This document shows, one piece after another, positions 49,345 through 60,379 of a DNA stretch of 64,000 nucleotides. The translations under genes and the position numbers were made by a program. Position 1 is the first letter of the stretch; each line of letters opens with the position of its first letter. The notes under the pieces are model-generated. The model saw nothing but the letters and a program-made list of their open reading frames with translations. It was not told the origin of the DNA and ran no database searches. This stretch comes from an uncultured Pelagibacteraceae bacterium (GTDB taxonomy: Bacteria > Pseudomonadota > Alphaproteobacteria > Pelagibacterales > AG-422-B15), in contig CACHAK010000001.1 in the NCBI GenBank assembly GCA_902577765.1, forward strand, positions 117,151 to 181,150. The letters are read 5' to 3'.

Positions 49345-50082
49345 ATGAATTTTGATAAAATTTCAATTATTCTTGTTGATACTCAATTACCTGAAAATGT
49401 CGGTCTTGTTGCTCGCTCTATGTACAATTTTGGTTTTACTAATTTAAAACTGGTATCACCTAAACTCGAATGGCCATCAGAAAAAGCACTTGCTGTAGCT
49501 GTAGATGCTAAGAGCATAGTTGAAAATATCAAAGTATATAGCTCTCTTCGAGAGGCGTTGAGTGACTCTAATTATTCAATTGGCTACACGGCACGTCTAA
49601 GAGATATGAGTAAACAATTTAGTGACAATTCTAAAATTATCGGTGAAATAAAAGAACACAAAATTAATGATAGTATCGGTGTTGTTTTTGGTGGTGAAGC
49701 TTCGGGACTTACAAATGATCATTTGTCACTTATAACAAAATGTGTAACTATTGATACGCATGAAAATTTTTCATCTCTTAATTTATCTCATGCAGTCAAT
49801 GTATTTTGTTATTCATTATTTTCTAAAGTATTTAAAACGGAGCAGTTAGTTGATAAGAATTCTGAGCCTCATGGAAGTCAGAATGATCTGATGTATTTTT
49901 TTGATCATTTAGAAGAAGAGCTTGAATCTAGAGGTTTTTTTCAACCTGAAGAAAAAATGCCAAAAATGAAGCAAAACCTAAGAAATATCTTTCATCGTGC
50001 TGATCTTAGTGAACGTGAGATAGCAACACTTAGAGGGGTTGTGACAGTGCTTACAGAATATAGAAAAACTAAGGAAATTTAG
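49345..50082 (+). CDS. SpoU/TrmH-family RNA 2'-O-methyltransferase (TrmJ/LasT-like)
   Basis: [30 protein letters not shown], and LNLSHAV. Confidence 0.75.
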   Translation: MNFDKISIILVDTQLPENVGLVARSMYNFGFTNLKLVSPKLEWPSEKALAVAVDAKSIVENIKVYSSLREALSDSNYSIGYTARLRDMSKQFSDNSKIIGEIKEHKINDSIGVVFGGEASGLTNDHLSLITKCVTIDTHENFSSLNLSHAVNVFCYSLFSKVFKTEQLVDKNSEPHGSQNDLMYFFDHLEEELESRGFFQPEEKMPKMKQNLRNIFHRADLSEREIATLRGVVTVLTEYRKTKEI

Positions 50083-50091
50083 CTTTCAGGT

Positions 50092-50119
50092 TTGACATTG
50101 GTGAGGAAACCAGTATAAA
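50092..50119 (+). promoter_or_regulatory. Candidate sigma70-type promoter for rpsD (TTGACA-16 nt-TATAAA)
   Basis: TTGACA at 50092-50097 and TATAAA at 50114-50119, 17 nt upstream of the rpsD ATG. Sequence match only. Confidence 0.35.
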
Positions 50120-50135
50120 CCACGGATCATCAAAT

Positions 50136-50753
50136 ATGACAAAAAGAGTTGCACAAAAACATAAAATAGACAGACGTCTGAGTGTCAACCTATGGGGCAG
50201 ACCAAAAAGTCCATTCAACCTGAGAAAATACAGGCCCGGCCAGCATGGACAAAAGCATACAGGTAAATTGTCTGATTATGGTGTTCAGTTAAATGCTAAA
50301 CAAAAGCTTAAAGGTTATTATGGAAACCTCAACGAAAGACAATTCCGTAACTGTTATAAAGAGGCTATTAGACAAAAAGGTGACTCAGGTGAAAACTTAA
50401 TTGCTATTTTAGAAAGCAGACTAGATACTATTGTCTATCGATCAAAGTTTGTACCAACTGTATTTGCTGCTAGACAATTTATTAATCATGGGCATGTCAA
50501 AGTTAATGGAAAAAGAGTTAATATCGCAAGCTGTCTTCTTAAAGAAGGTGATGTTGTCGAAGTCAAAGATAAATCTAAAGAGATGGCATTAGTAGTTGAG
50601 TCAATGAAAAGCCAGGAAAGAGACATCCCAGGATACATTACAGTTGATGAAAAAAAATGTTCTTCAACTTTTGTAAGGACACCTCAGTTTGCTGAAGTTC
50701 CATACGCAACTCAAATGGATCCGAAACTAGTTATCGAGTATTACTCTCGATAA
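50136..50753 (+). CDS. rpsD: 30S ribosomal protein S4
   Basis: Full-length similarity (…YGVQLxxKQKLKxxYG…, S4 domain RLDTIVYR…[15 protein letters not shown]). Confidence 0.95.
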   Translation: MTKRVAQKHKIDRRLSVNLWGRPKSPFNLRKYRPGQHGQKHTGKLSDYGVQLNAKQKLKGYYGNLNERQFRNCYKEAIRQKGDSGENLIAILESRLDTIVYRSKFVPTVFAARQFINHGHVKVNGKRVNIASCLLKEGDVVEVKDKSKEMALVVESMKSQERDIPGYITVDEKKCSSTFVRTPQFAEVPYATQMDPKLVIEYYSR

Positions 50754-50760
50754 TATTAAA

Positions 50761-51867
50761 ATGAGTGCATCGCACTGGTTTTCCAAATCTTATACTGAAG
50801 CTAAGAAACGATTTCATGAATCTGTTAATCAACTAGAGTCACTGGGTCATCTAGTTCAACGAGATAGCTTATCATTAGATTTAGTGGGTCCTGATGGAGA
50901 GGATCTCACAATAGACATCGCAGTTCTTGGATCTTTAGCAAGTAATAAATTATTGTTATATACCTCTGGTATACACGGCGTTGAGGGTTTTGCCGGTTCA
51001 GCTATACAACTTTCAGTTATTGATATGTTAAAAAATCAAGAACTAATCGAGGATTATTGCATAATTTTCGTACATATCATTAATCCTTTTGGTATGGCTT
51101 GGCACCGAAGAGTCAATGAAAACAATGTTGATATGAACAGAAATTTTATTAACACTCATAGCGGTGAGCCTGATGGCTACAAAAAAATAGATAAATTTTT
51201 AAATCCAAACACAATACCAAAAAAATTTGAATTATCTTTTTATATAGATGGAATAAAATTAATTTTGAAATATGGTTTCACTAATTTCAAGCAATGGTTT
51301 GCTCAAGGTCAGTACACAAGGCCATCCAGCCTACAGTATGGAGGTAATAAACTTCAAAAAGGTCCTAAATTATTAATTGATTGGTTGAGAAAAAACTTAA
51401 AAGAAACTCAAATGATATTTGGTATCGATTTGCACACTGGGCTTGGTAAATCTGGTTACGATACTATTTTAATTTCAGACCAAATTAATGAAGCTGATTA
51501 TGAATTGCTGCAAAATTTATATGGAAGTCATATAGCACCGTTGGATCCAAATAAGGGAGTGGGCTATCACGTAACAGGCGACATTCACTCAGGAATTTCA
51601 TCTGAATTTCCATCTATTAAGTGGCTTACGATTACACAAGAATTTGGAACTTATGGACCTGTAACAGTTTTTAAAAATTTAAGAGCTGAAAATAGATGGA
51701 CACAAAATAATAAACTCAATGATCCGTTGGATATTATGGAACATTGGAGTAGAAAAAATTTATTACGTACATTTAATCCAGACAATATGGAATGGCATGA
51801 AAGTTTAATTGCGCGAGGAAAGATTGTATTTAATAGAGCAGTTGAATATCTTATTTCAATAGACTAA
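50761..51867 (+). CDS. DUF2817 / M14-like metallopeptidase-fold protein
   Basis: SGIHGVEGFAGS, NPFGMAW.R.NENNVDMNRNF, and DLHTGLG match my recollection of DUF2817. Confidence 0.65.
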   Translation: MSASHWFSKSYTEAKKRFHESVNQLESLGHLVQRDSLSLDLVGPDGEDLTIDIAVLGSLASNKLLLYTSGIHGVEGFAGSAIQLSVIDMLKNQELIEDYCIIFVHIINPFGMAWHRRVNENNVDMNRNFINTHSGEPDGYKKIDKFLNPNTIPKKFELSFYIDGIKLILKYGFTNFKQWFAQGQYTRPSSLQYGGNKLQKGPKLLIDWLRKNLKETQMIFGIDLHTGLGKSGYDTILISDQINEADYELLQNLYGSHIAPLDPNKGVGYHVTGDIHSGISSEFPSIKWLTITQEFGTYGPVTVFKNLRAENRWTQNNKLNDPLDIMEHWSRKNLLRTFNPDNMEWHESLIARGKIVFNRAVEYLISID

Positions 51868-52193
51868 TTGTGTGCAATTCCTTTTGTATCAAAAACTGAT
51901 GCTAACTCTCCACTTTTATGCATGTCTAAAATAATATCGCATCCTCCAATAAACTCGCCCTTAATGTAAAGTTGTGGAATTGTAGGCCAGTTTGTGAAAT
52001 CTTTTATACCTTGTCTTAGTTCGTCACTTTCCAAAATATTTACATCTTTATAATTTACGTTCATGAAAGAAAGAGTATTTACAACAGCATTCGAAAATCC
52101 GCATTGAGGCTGGTCCTTTGTCCCTTTCATGAAGAGAACTACATCGTTTTGATCAACAATGTTTTTTATTTCATCTTGTACATTATCAGTCAT
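51864..52193 (-). CDS. grxD: Monothiol glutaredoxin (Grx4 family)
   Basis: CGFS active site in VLFMKGTKDQPQCGFS, WPTIPQLYIKGEFIGGCDI. Confidence 0.9.
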   Translation of the reverse strand: MTDNVQDEIKNIVDQNDVVLFMKGTKDQPQCGFSNAVVNTLSFMNVNYKDVNILESDELRQGIKDFTNWPTIPQLYIKGEFIGGCDIILDMHKSGELASVFDTKGIAHN

Positions 52194-52250
52194 TAATGAA
52201 GAATTAACTGCTTTTTATAATTATTCAATAATAATTTTGAGCCCTTTAGG

Positions 52251-54449
52251 TCAAAATTCATTGAACCATTTTGTATGGTGGTCAATTAAGCTTGATAATT
52301 CAATCTCTCCAATCGAATTAATTGAGATAGATGTTCCTCCAATTTCTCCAATTCTTTCTATCTTGACCGCACTCTTGCTTGCGTCAACTTCTAGTTGTTC
52401 AAGTTTATTTTGTGAGACCTCAACCAGGTATCTAGCTTGATCCTCGCCAAAAAAGAATCCGTGAAGAAAATCTTTTGTTATATCAATTTTTATACCTTGC
52501 ATACCTGAGATGCACATTTCAGCAATTGCAATAAGAACACCACCTTCACCAACATCATGAACAGATTTTAGTAATTTCTTAGCGACGCAATTTAGAATGA
52601 ATTTTCCATTTTTTAATTCATTATCCAAATTAATTGACGGGGTACCACCATCTTCTCTATTTTGTATGATTGAGAGATAATGACTATTGCCTAAATGATT
52701 ATCGCTTTCCCCAATGAGGCATAAAAAATTACCCTCATTTTTAAGATCTATTGTCATTGTATTAGATAGATCTCTAATTAGTCCGACACCTCCAATAGCG
52801 GGAGTAGGATAAATCCCTACACCATTAGTTTCATTATAAAGTGATACATTTCCTGAAATGACAGGATAATTAAGCTTACTGCAAGCATCTCCCATGCCAC
52901 GAATGCATTCTACAAATTGTCCCATGATTTCTGGCTTTTCAGGATTTCCAAAATTCATACAATCTGTAATTGCAATTGGTTCAGCTCCGGATGCAACAAT
53001 ATTACGCCAAGTTTCAACAACCGCATGCTTTCCTCCTTCATATGGATTATGTCTGCAGTATGTGGGTGAACAGTCTGTACTGATCGCTATTCCTTTGTTG
53101 GTTCCATGCACTCTGACAACAGCCGCATCAGAACCAGGTCGTACAACTGTATCTGCCATAACCATGTGATCATATTGTTCCCATATCCATTTTCTGCTGC
53201 ATAAATTTGGATGGCTGATCATTTTTAATAAATCACTTAAGATATCTTTGTCTTCAAAATCCTTACTTTCGAAACTAATTAGGGGAGAAGGGTCATTGAC
53301 AATATAATCTCGCTGATACTCTGGCGCATCCTCTACCAAAATATTAATTGGTATACTTGCCTGTTCTTCACCATCCATATGTAATATTAATTTTTTTGTA
53401 TCTGTAACTTCACCAATTATTTCAAACTCAAGATCCCATTTTTTAAAAATGCTTCGGGCAAGTTCTTCTTTATTGGGTTGAATAACCATTAACATTCTTT
53501 CCTGACTCTCTGATAGCATGAGTTCGTAGGCAGTCATGTTAGCTGCTCGCATAGGAACCTTAGATAAATTTATATCAATTCCTACATTTCCTTTGGATGC
53601 CATCTCAATAGATGATGAAGTTAAACCTGCTGCCCCCATATCTTGAATTGCTATAATTGCATCCTCTTTCATTAGTTCTAGACAAGCTTCAAGTAATAAT
53701 TTTTCAGTAAAAGGATCTCCAACTTGAACAGTGGGTTTTTTTTCTTCAGAGTCATCGTCAAATTCTGCAGATGCCATAGTTGCGCCATGAATACCATCTC
53801 TACCTGTTTTTGACCCAACATATACTACTGGATTTCCTATTCCCGCAGCCGCTGAATAGAAAATTTTATCTTTTTTTGCGATGCCAACCGTCATAGCATT
53901 AACCAATATATTGCCGTTGTAAGACGGATGAAAGTTTACTTCACCTCCAACAGTTGGAATTCCAATACAATTTCCATAACCTCCGATGCCACCGACAACG
54001 CCTGAGACTAAATGCTTTGTTTTTGGATGTTTGGGATCTCCAAATCGAAGTGCATTCATATTTGCTACAGGTCTTGCACCCATAGTAAAAACATCTCTTA
54101 AAATACCACCTACACCAGTTGCAGCACCTTGGTAAGGCTCTAGAAATGAAGGATGATTATGACTTTCCATTTTGAAAACAGCAACATCTCCATCATCAAT
54201 ATCAATAACACCCGCGTTTTCACCTGGCCCTTGAATAACTCGTTCCCCTGATGTTGGTAATTTTTTTAGCCAATATTTAGACGATTTATAGGAGCAATGT
54301 TCATTCCACATTGCACTAAATATTCCAAGTTCAGTAAGATTTGGTTCACGCCCAAGGCCCTCAACAATTTTTTCAAACTCATCAAGCTTAAGACCGTGAC
54401 TTTCTACAAGTGATTTTTCTATATCAAAATGCCAATTGGATGAGGTCAT
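52251..54449 (-). CDS. purL: Phosphoribosylformylglycinamidine synthase subunit PurL
   Basis: 732 aa, AIR-synthase-related duplicated domains (…NHCSYKS…, ESHNHPS…). Confidence 0.95.
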   Translation of the reverse strand: MTSSNWHFDIEKSLVESHGLKLDEFEKIVEGLGREPNLTELGIFSAMWNEHCSYKSSKYWLKKLPTSGERVIQGPGENAGVIDIDDGDVAVFKMESHNHPSFLEPYQGAATGVGGILRDVFTMGARPVANMNALRFGDPKHPKTKHLVSGVVGGIGGYGNCIGIPTVGGEVNFHPSYNGNILVNAMTVGIAKKDKIFYSAAAGIGNPVVYVGSKTGRDGIHGATMASAEFDDDSEEKKPTVQVGDPFTEKLLLEACLELMKEDAIIAIQDMGAAGLTSSSIEMASKGNVGIDINLSKVPMRAANMTAYELMLSESQERMLMVIQPNKEELARSIFKKWDLEFEIIGEVTDTKKLILHMDGEEQASIPINILVEDAPEYQRDYIVNDPSPLISFESKDFEDKDILSDLLKMISHPNLCSRKWIWEQYDHMVMADTVVRPGSDAAVVRVHGTNKGIAISTDCSPTYCRHNPYEGGKHAVVETWRNIVASGAEPIAITDCMNFGNPEKPEIMGQFVECIRGMGDACSKLNYPVISGNVSLYNETNGVGIYPTPAIGGVGLIRDLSNTMTIDLKNEGNFLCLIGESDNHLGNSHYLSIIQNREDGGTPSINLDNELKNGKFILNCVAKKLLKSVHDVGEGGVLIAIAEMCISGMQGIKIDITKDFLHGFFFGEDQARYLVEVSQNKLEQLEVDASKSAVKIERIGEIGGTSISINSIGEIELSSLIDHHTKWFNEF

Positions 54450-55120
54450 TAACTTAGAAGACTTTCAAAAATATTTCTTCCATCATCACATCCATGAATG
54501 CTTTCAGCTGCTCTTTCGGGGTGAGGCATCATACCTAGTACATTTTTGCTTTTGTTGAACACCCCAGCAATATTATTTATTGAACCATTTGGATTTGAAT
54601 GGGCATTGATATCTCCGTTTTCGTCACAGTATTGAAATGCAATTTGATCGTTGTCTTCAATTTCTTTTATTTGATTACTGTTAGCAAAGTAATTTCCCTC
54701 ATTGTGAGCTATTGGCATTTTCGAAATTTTAGATTTATTAGTAAATATGGTTTTTTTATTTGTTGGTTTGATTATTACATCGCGACATATAAAGCTTAAA
54801 CTGCTATTCCTTATTAGCGCGCCTTGAAGAAGGCCGCTTTCAATTAGAATTTGAAATCCATTACATATTCCCATTACTGGCACTCCTTTATTTGCATTTT
54901 CAATCACGCTTTTCATGATGGGTGATGTTGACGCCATTGCGCCACATCGTAAATAATCACCGTAAGAAAATCCACCTGGAACAACAATCAAATCTGATTG
55001 TTTTATTGTTGAGTCTTTGTGCCAAACCATTTCAGGTGAAGAGCCAATAATGTTTTGTATTGCAACAGCGACATCTCTGTCGCAATTCGAACCCGGGAAA
55101 ACAATTACATGTGTCTTCAT
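54449..55120 (-). CDS. purQ: Phosphoribosylformylglycinamidine synthase, glutaminase subunit PurQ
   Basis: GATase-1 motifs [20 protein letters not shown] and MPHPER. 1-nt overlap with purL. Confidence 0.95.
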   Translation of the reverse strand: MKTHVIVFPGSNCDRDVAVAIQNIIGSSPEMVWHKDSTIKQSDLIVVPGGFSYGDYLRCGAMASTSPIMKSVIENANKGVPVMGICNGFQILIESGLLQGALIRNSSLSFICRDVIIKPTNKKTIFTNKSKISKMPIAHNEGNYFANSNQIKEIEDNDQIAFQYCDENGDINAHSNPNGSINNIAGVFNKSKNVLGMMPHPERAAESIHGCDDGRNIFESLLS

Positions 55121-55363
55121 TTAATTTTCAATTTCTACTGAGTAGTCTTCAATAACTAAGTTAGCCAATAATTTCTCACACATTTCATTACACTGCTTCT
55201 CAGCTTCTTCTTTACTCTGACTGTTGATTTCGAGCTCTATGAATTTTCCCTGTCTGACATCATTAACGTTGTCAAATCCAAGAGATTTTAATGAATTTGC
55301 AATAACTGAGCCTTGAGGATCAAGTACGTCTTTTTTTAACGTGATATGAATTTTGGCAAGCAT
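55121..55363 (-). CDS. purS: Phosphoribosylformylglycinamidine synthase subunit PurS
   Basis: 80 aa with ...ITLKKDVLDPQG......LKSLGF. Located between purC and purQ. Confidence 0.9.
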   Translation of the reverse strand: MLAKIHITLKKDVLDPQGSVIANSLKSLGFDNVNDVRQGKFIELEINSQSKEEAEKQCNEMCEKLLANLVIEDYSVEIEN

Positions 55364-55369
55364 CAGACT

Positions 55370-56089
55370 TTAATGCACGATTCCTAATCTTGAGGCAACC
55401 TCCTCATATGCACTTAATAAACTGCCGAGGTTTCTTCTGAACACATCCTTATCAAGTTTCTTATTAGTTTTTTTATCCCATAATCGACAAGAATCAGGAC
55501 TTATTTCATCAGCTAATACAATTTTTTTGGGGTTTGATGAGAGTCTGCCGAATTCAATTTTGAAATCTACAAGTATGATATTCTTTTTGAGAAAAAGTTT
55601 TCTTAAGTGTTTATTAATTTGAAGAGACATTTTATCTATTTTTTTCAGCTCAGAAATTGTTGCCCAGCCAAAAGTGATAAGGTGATCTCTTGAAATCATT
55701 GGATCATCCAAACTATCTTCTTTGTAATAATATTCTAGTAAGGGTTTTTTAAGTTTTAATCCTTCTTTAATCCCTAATTTTTTAGCAATAGAGCCAGCCG
55801 TTATATTTCTTACAACAAATTCAATCGGAATAATTTCACATTTTTTTATAAGTTGCTCACGGTCATTCAGCTTTTCTTCAAAATGTGTTGGGATACGTTT
55901 TGATTTAAGGTACTGCATAATGTAAGCAGAAATATGATTATTTAGTACGCCTTTGCCTTTAAAAATTTTATGTTTCTTTTTATTATAAGCTGTAGCATCG
56001 TCTTTAAAAATTTGAATGAGTGTGTTTTTTTTAGGCCCATTAATAATTTTTTTAGCCTTACCTTCATATAAAGTTTTAGATGATCTCAT
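55370..56089 (-). CDS. purC: Phosphoribosylaminoimidazole-succinocarboxamide (SAICAR) synthase
   Basis: LYEGKAK, IPIEFVVRN, LVDFKIEFG, and DEISPDSCRLWD. Confidence 0.95.
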   Translation of the reverse strand: MRSSKTLYEGKAKKIINGPKKNTLIQIFKDDATAYNKKKHKIFKGKGVLNNHISAYIMQYLKSKRIPTHFEEKLNDREQLIKKCEIIPIEFVVRNITAGSIAKKLGIKEGLKLKKPLLEYYYKEDSLDDPMISRDHLITFGWATISELKKIDKMSLQINKHLRKLFLKKNIILVDFKIEFGRLSSNPKKIVLADEISPDSCRLWDKKTNKKLDKDVFRRNLGSLLSAYEEVASRLGIVH

Positions 56090-56161
56090 TGCAGGTAATA
56101 AAAATATTTGTTAAGATAAGTGCTTAAATTAAATTAAATTCATTCAAAAGTACAAAAAATC

Positions 56162-56491
56162 ATGAAAAAACTTGATGAGAGAAAAAAAGGTTTCGAGGGT
56201 AAGTTTGCTCGTGACCAGGAACTAGAGTTTAAAATATTAGCCCGCAGAAATAAGTATTTAGGTGTGTGGGCAGCTGAAAAATTAGGCATATCAGGCCCGG
56301 CTGTTGAAGAATATTTTGCAGAGGTTGTAAAATCAGATCTTGAAGAAGACGGGGATATGGATGTTTTCAGAAAGGTTAGAAAGGATTTTGACGATAAAGG
56401 TATTTCAATTTCAGACGACGAATTAAGACAAAGTATGGATCAATTATTACTTCAAGCAAAAGAAGAAATTATTGGTAAAGACAACATATAA
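56162..56491 (+). CDS. DUF1476 protein (alphaproteobacterial F1-ATPase inhibitor zeta-subunit family)
   Basis: 109 aa. The pattern ERKKGFEGKFARDQELEFKILARRNKYLGVWAAEKLG matches the DUF1476/zeta family as recalled. Divergent from purC, as in many alphaproteobacteria. Confidence 0.75.
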   Translation: MKKLDERKKGFEGKFARDQELEFKILARRNKYLGVWAAEKLGISGPAVEEYFAEVVKSDLEEDGDMDVFRKVRKDFDDKGISISDDELRQSMDQLLLQAKEEIIGKDNI

Positions 56492-56499
56492 GAGTTTTT

Positions 56500-56739
56500 A
56501 TGCAGTATCAGTTTGCCCAAAAAAAGAAAAAGTCGGTAAAAAAGAAAGTAACCAAAAAAAAGAAGCAAGTTACTAAAAAAAAGATTGTTAAGAAATCAAC
56601 AAATAAAAAATCAGTTAATAAAAAGAAAGCTTCATTATTGGATATGATTGATCGTTCTAATTATGTAGTATTTTACTATGCAGGAGCTTATGCGCTGATT
56701 TTTGGTTTATTTGCAGTCGCAATTTACTATTCAAATTAA
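56500..56739 (+). CDS. Small Lys-rich, C-terminally anchored membrane protein (hypothetical)
   Basis: 79 aa. Residues ~8-45 are K-rich (KKKKSVKKKVTKKKKQVTKKK...) and are followed by one hydrophobic helix, YVVFYYAGAYALIFGLFAVAIYY. It fills the gap exactly, with its stop 1 nt from the purB stop. No recognised family. Confidence 0.45.
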   Translation: MQYQFAQKKKKSVKKKVTKKKKQVTKKKIVKKSTNKKSVNKKKASLLDMIDRSNYVVFYYAGAYALIFGLFAVAIYYSN

Positions 56740-56740
56740 A

Positions 56741-58033
56741 TTACTTAAAAACTTTTTTGAAAATATAGTCAGTTCTGCGAGCAGCATGTTTTAGATCTAA
56801 AATTTTTGATATTTCTTTTTTGCTTAGGTATTTTTTTAATTCTTTATCTTTGTTAAGTATTACCTCAAAATCTGTATTCGTTTTCCATACTTCCATTGCA
56901 TTACGTTGAACTATCTTGTACGCATTTTCTCGGGATAAACCTTTTTGTGTCATTGCCAACATTAAACCCTCTGACATTGGCAACTTTTTTAATCTATCTA
57001 AATTAGTTTTCATATTTTTTGGATACACAACAAGATTTGAAATTACATTATTCAATCGTGAAAGTGCAAAGTCGATTATAATATTTGCATCTGGCGCCAT
57101 TATTCTCTCTACACTTGAATGAGATATATCTCTTTCATGCCAAAGAGTAATATTTTCCAAAGCAGGCACCGTATAACCTCTAATCAGTCTTGCTAGTCCA
57201 GTTAAATTTTCAGTAAGAACAGGGTTTCTTTTATGAGGCATTGCAGAAGAACCTTTTTGTCCTTTTGAAAAAAATTCTTCAACTTCTAAAACTTCAGTTC
57301 TTTGTAAATGTCTTATCTCAGTAGCTAAACGTTCAATTGAACTTGCAATTACCGCGAGAGTATTAAAATATACTGCGTGACGATCTCTTGGTATTATTTG
57401 AGTTGAAATAGTTTCTGCTTTCATTCCTAATTTTTTTGCGACGTACTGTTCAACTCGCGGATCAATATTTGCATAATTGCCAACTGCCCCTGAAATAGCA
57501 CATATATTTATTTCTTCGATTGCTTTTAGAAAACGTTTATGGTTCCTTTGAAATTCTGCATAAAAAGATGCCATTTTAACTCCAAAGGTTGTGGGTTCCG
57601 CATGAATCCCATGACTTCTTCCAATGCAAGGTGTGTTTTTATGTTTTATTGCAATCTTTTTTAATGATTTTAGTAAATTTACTATTTCCCTCTCAATTAT
57701 GACTGAGGACTGTTTTAGTTGAACATTACAAGCCGTATCTAAAATATCTGAAGAAGTTAGACCTTGGTGAAGAAATCTTGCTGGTGGACCTGCGTATTCA
57801 GAAATTGTTGTTAAAAAAGCAATTACATCGTGCTTCACTTTTTTTTCAATTTGATCAATTCTCTTTTCATTAATCTTTGCTTTTGATCGAATTTTTTTAC
57901 TTGTTCCTTTGGGAACAGTTCCTAATTTTTCCATGGCTTCACAAGCAAAGAGCTCAATATCAAGCCATATTTTAAATTTAGAGATAGAGCTCCAAACGTC
58001 AGTCATCTCGGCTCTAGAATAACGAGGGATCAT
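56741..58033 (-). CDS. purB: Adenylosuccinate lyase
   Basis: MIPRYSR start, fumarate-lyase signature GSSAMPHKRNP, 430 aa. Confidence 0.95.
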   Translation of the reverse strand: MIPRYSRAEMTDVWSSISKFKIWLDIELFACEAMEKLGTVPKGTSKKIRSKAKINEKRIDQIEKKVKHDVIAFLTTISEYAGPPARFLHQGLTSSDILDTACNVQLKQSSVIIEREIVNLLKSLKKIAIKHKNTPCIGRSHGIHAEPTTFGVKMASFYAEFQRNHKRFLKAIEEINICAISGAVGNYANIDPRVEQYVAKKLGMKAETISTQIIPRDRHAVYFNTLAVIASSIERLATEIRHLQRTEVLEVEEFFSKGQKGSSAMPHKRNPVLTENLTGLARLIRGYTVPALENITLWHERDISHSSVERIMAPDANIIIDFALSRLNNVISNLVVYPKNMKTNLDRLKKLPMSEGLMLAMTQKGLSRENAYKIVQRNAMEVWKTNTDFEVILNKDKELKKYLSKKEISKILDLKHAARRTDYIFKKVFK

Positions 58034-58057
58034 ATAAGTATGTTTTTAATCTTTAAT

Positions 58058-58828
58058 TTACGGTTTATCAAGTCCAGCAGGCGATTTTGTAAAAATTTCT
58101 ACACCATCGTTGGTAATGCCAATACTATGCTCAAATTGTGCTGACAAACTTTTATCTTTTGTAACAGCCGTCCAACCATCGCCTAACATTCTAACATCAT
58201 ATTTTCCAAAATTTATCATCGGTTCCACTGTAAAAAACATGCCTGGTTCAATTCTTTCACCTTTACCTTTATCCCCGTAGTGAAGAATGTTTGGAAACTC
58301 ATGAAAAACTTTTCCTAGTCCATGACCACAAAAATCACGAACAACACTGTAGTTTTGTTTTTCTGCATACGTTTGAATTGCACTACCAATATCACCTAAT
58401 GTTGCATTAGGTTGAGCAGCATTGATGCCTTCATGCATTGCATGAAAAGTGCAATCAATTAATTTTTGTGCTTTGGCATTTATTTTTCCAACAGGAAACA
58501 TGCGGCTAGTATCGCCGTGCCAGCCATCAACAATTACTGTCACATCGATATTAACAATATCTCCATTTTCTAAAATTCTTGATGAAGGAATTCCATGACA
58601 TATTACGTGATTAATCGAAGTACAAACTGACTTAGGATAACCCTTATAAAATAAAGGAGCAATAAGGCCTCCATGACGAACTATGTAATCAAATGCAATA
58701 TTATCTAATTCTTCAGTGGAAACACCAGGCTTTACTTTTTCAACAAGAAGATCCAATGTAGATGCAGCAAGATTTCCTGCTTTTCGCATCCCCTCAAAAT
58801 CATCAGAGTTATGAATTGTATTATTCAC
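58058..58828 (-). CDS. map: Methionine aminopeptidase type I
   Basis: Metal ligands in context: NHVICHGIP, DVTVIVDGWHGD, FCGHGLG, FTVEPM and QFEHSI. Confidence 0.95.
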   Translation of the reverse strand: MNNTIHNSDDFEGMRKAGNLAASTLDLLVEKVKPGVSTEELDNIAFDYIVRHGGLIAPLFYKGYPKSVCTSINHVICHGIPSSRILENGDIVNIDVTVIVDGWHGDTSRMFPVGKINAKAQKLIDCTFHAMHEGINAAQPNATLGDIGSAIQTYAEKQNYSVVRDFCGHGLGKVFHEFPNILHYGDKGKGERIEPGMFFTVEPMINFGKYDVRMLGDGWTAVTKDKSLSAQFEHSIGITNDGVEIFTKSPAGLDKP

Positions 58829-59526
58829 TTTAATATCTTTATCTTTCTATTTACACTTATACCATTTCTATCAAAAGAACAGTCATAACATAATGGCTCA
58901 ACACCCATTTTTTTAACCTTCTTAAAAGTATCTGCATATTTATTATCAATATCTGCAGCGATCTTAAATTTATTGCAATCGTTTCGTTGAACTAAGAAAA
59001 GCATTACAGCTCTAACAGACTTTGCTGGAAGAGTGGATAGCTCTATCAAGTGTTTTAGCCCTCGCTCAGTGACCGCATCAGGAAATTCTGCAATTGATTT
59101 ATTTCTCGATAAAGTAACATTTTTAACTTCAACGTATATTTCTTCTTTTTTTGTCTTTACTAAGAAGTCAATTCTAGAATTATGTCCGTACTTAACTTCT
59201 CTTTTGAATGATACAATTTTTCCTAGCTCTGTAATTTTGCCATTGCTTATTGCTTCCTCAACAATTCGATTAGCTCGATGAGTATTTACACCCACCATTG
59301 CTCCGTTTGATTTAATTGCTTCTAAAGTAAATTTTAGTTTTCGGTTAGGATCATCTGCTTCTGTTAAGTAGACCAAATTATCTTTTTCAAGCAGTCCCAT
59401 CATAGAGCCTGTATTAGGACAATGAGCCGTGACAATTTTTTTACTATCAAGTTGAACATCTACAAAAAATCTCTTATATCTTTTAATGAATTTACCAGTG
59501 AGGAAATTTTTTGAATTTTTTGACAT
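58825..59526 (-). CDS. sfsA: Sugar fermentation stimulation protein homolog (SfsA nuclease-fold DNA-binding protein)
   Basis: KRYKRFFVDV, HCPNTGSM, VEVKNVTL, and FPDAVTERGLKHL. Confidence 0.85.
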   Translation of the reverse strand: MSKNSKNFLTGKFIKRYKRFFVDVQLDSKKIVTAHCPNTGSMMGLLEKDNLVYLTEADDPNRKLKFTLEAIKSNGAMVGVNTHRANRIVEEAISNGKITELGKIVSFKREVKYGHNSRIDFLVKTKKEEIYVEVKNVTLSRNKSIAEFPDAVTERGLKHLIELSTLPAKSVRAVMLFLVQRNDCNKFKIAADIDNKYADTFKKVKKMGVEPLCYDCSFDRNGISVNRKIKILK

Positions 59527-59532
59527 AAGCTT

Positions 59533-60255
59533 ATGAAAGCATCGTTGATTATTATAGGTAATGAAATTTTATCAGGTCGTACACAAGATAAGAATCTATC
59601 ATATCTTGCAAATTGGTTGAATGAAATAGGTATTCAATTAACAGAAGTCAGAGTAATTCGCGACGAAGAGGATGTAATCGTTGAGACAGTTAACCATTTA
59701 AGAAAAACTTATGACTATGTGTTTACCACTGGCGGTATTGGGCCAACACACGATGACATCACTTCAGAGTCAATTGCTAAAGCATTTTCTGTTGATTTGG
59801 AAATAAATCATGGAGCGCTTTCAATATTAAAAGAGTATTATAAAGATGGGGAGCTCACAGCCGCTCGAATGAAAATGACTAAGATGCCTGTTGGCTCAGA
59901 GCTTATTGAAAATCCAGTCAGTAGAGCGCCAGGTTTTAAAATGGACAACGTATTTGTCTTGGCTGGTATACCAGGAATTATGCAAGGTATGTTGGAAGGA
60001 GCTAGACAATTCCTTAAGAAAGGGGATGTAGTAAAATCTAAATCAGTCGATATTTTTACACCTGAAAGTAATGTCGCTGAGATACTCACTAAACTTCAGG
60101 AAAAATATAGCTCTGTGGAAATAGGCAGTTATCCATTTAGCAAGGAAAATAGATTTGGAACATCAATTGTTATGCGTTCTACAAGCGATGATCAGCTATC
60201 TAAATGCGATATGGAATTGAAGGAATTAGTTAAAAATTATGATACAAAGTATTAG
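59533..60255 (+). CDS. CinA-like competence/damage-inducible protein, MoCF-binding domain only
   Basis: IIGNEILSGRTQDKN, TTGGIGPTHDDIT, and no C-terminal deamidase domain (240 aa). Confidence 0.8.
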   Translation: MKASLIIIGNEILSGRTQDKNLSYLANWLNEIGIQLTEVRVIRDEEDVIVETVNHLRKTYDYVFTTGGIGPTHDDITSESIAKAFSVDLEINHGALSILKEYYKDGELTAARMKMTKMPVGSELIENPVSRAPGFKMDNVFVLAGIPGIMQGMLEGARQFLKKGDVVKSKSVDIFTPESNVAEILTKLQEKYSSVEIGSYPFSKENRFGTSIVMRSTSDDQLSKCDMELKELVKNYDTKY

Positions 60256-60379
60256 TATTTTTTATCCACAAATCATTAAATAACTGATTTTATTGGTTTT
60301 TATTATTTTTTTAATATTTACTTAAGAAGGATTCTCAATAATAATTGCCTAATTTTATAAAATTAAGGGGAAATAAAAC

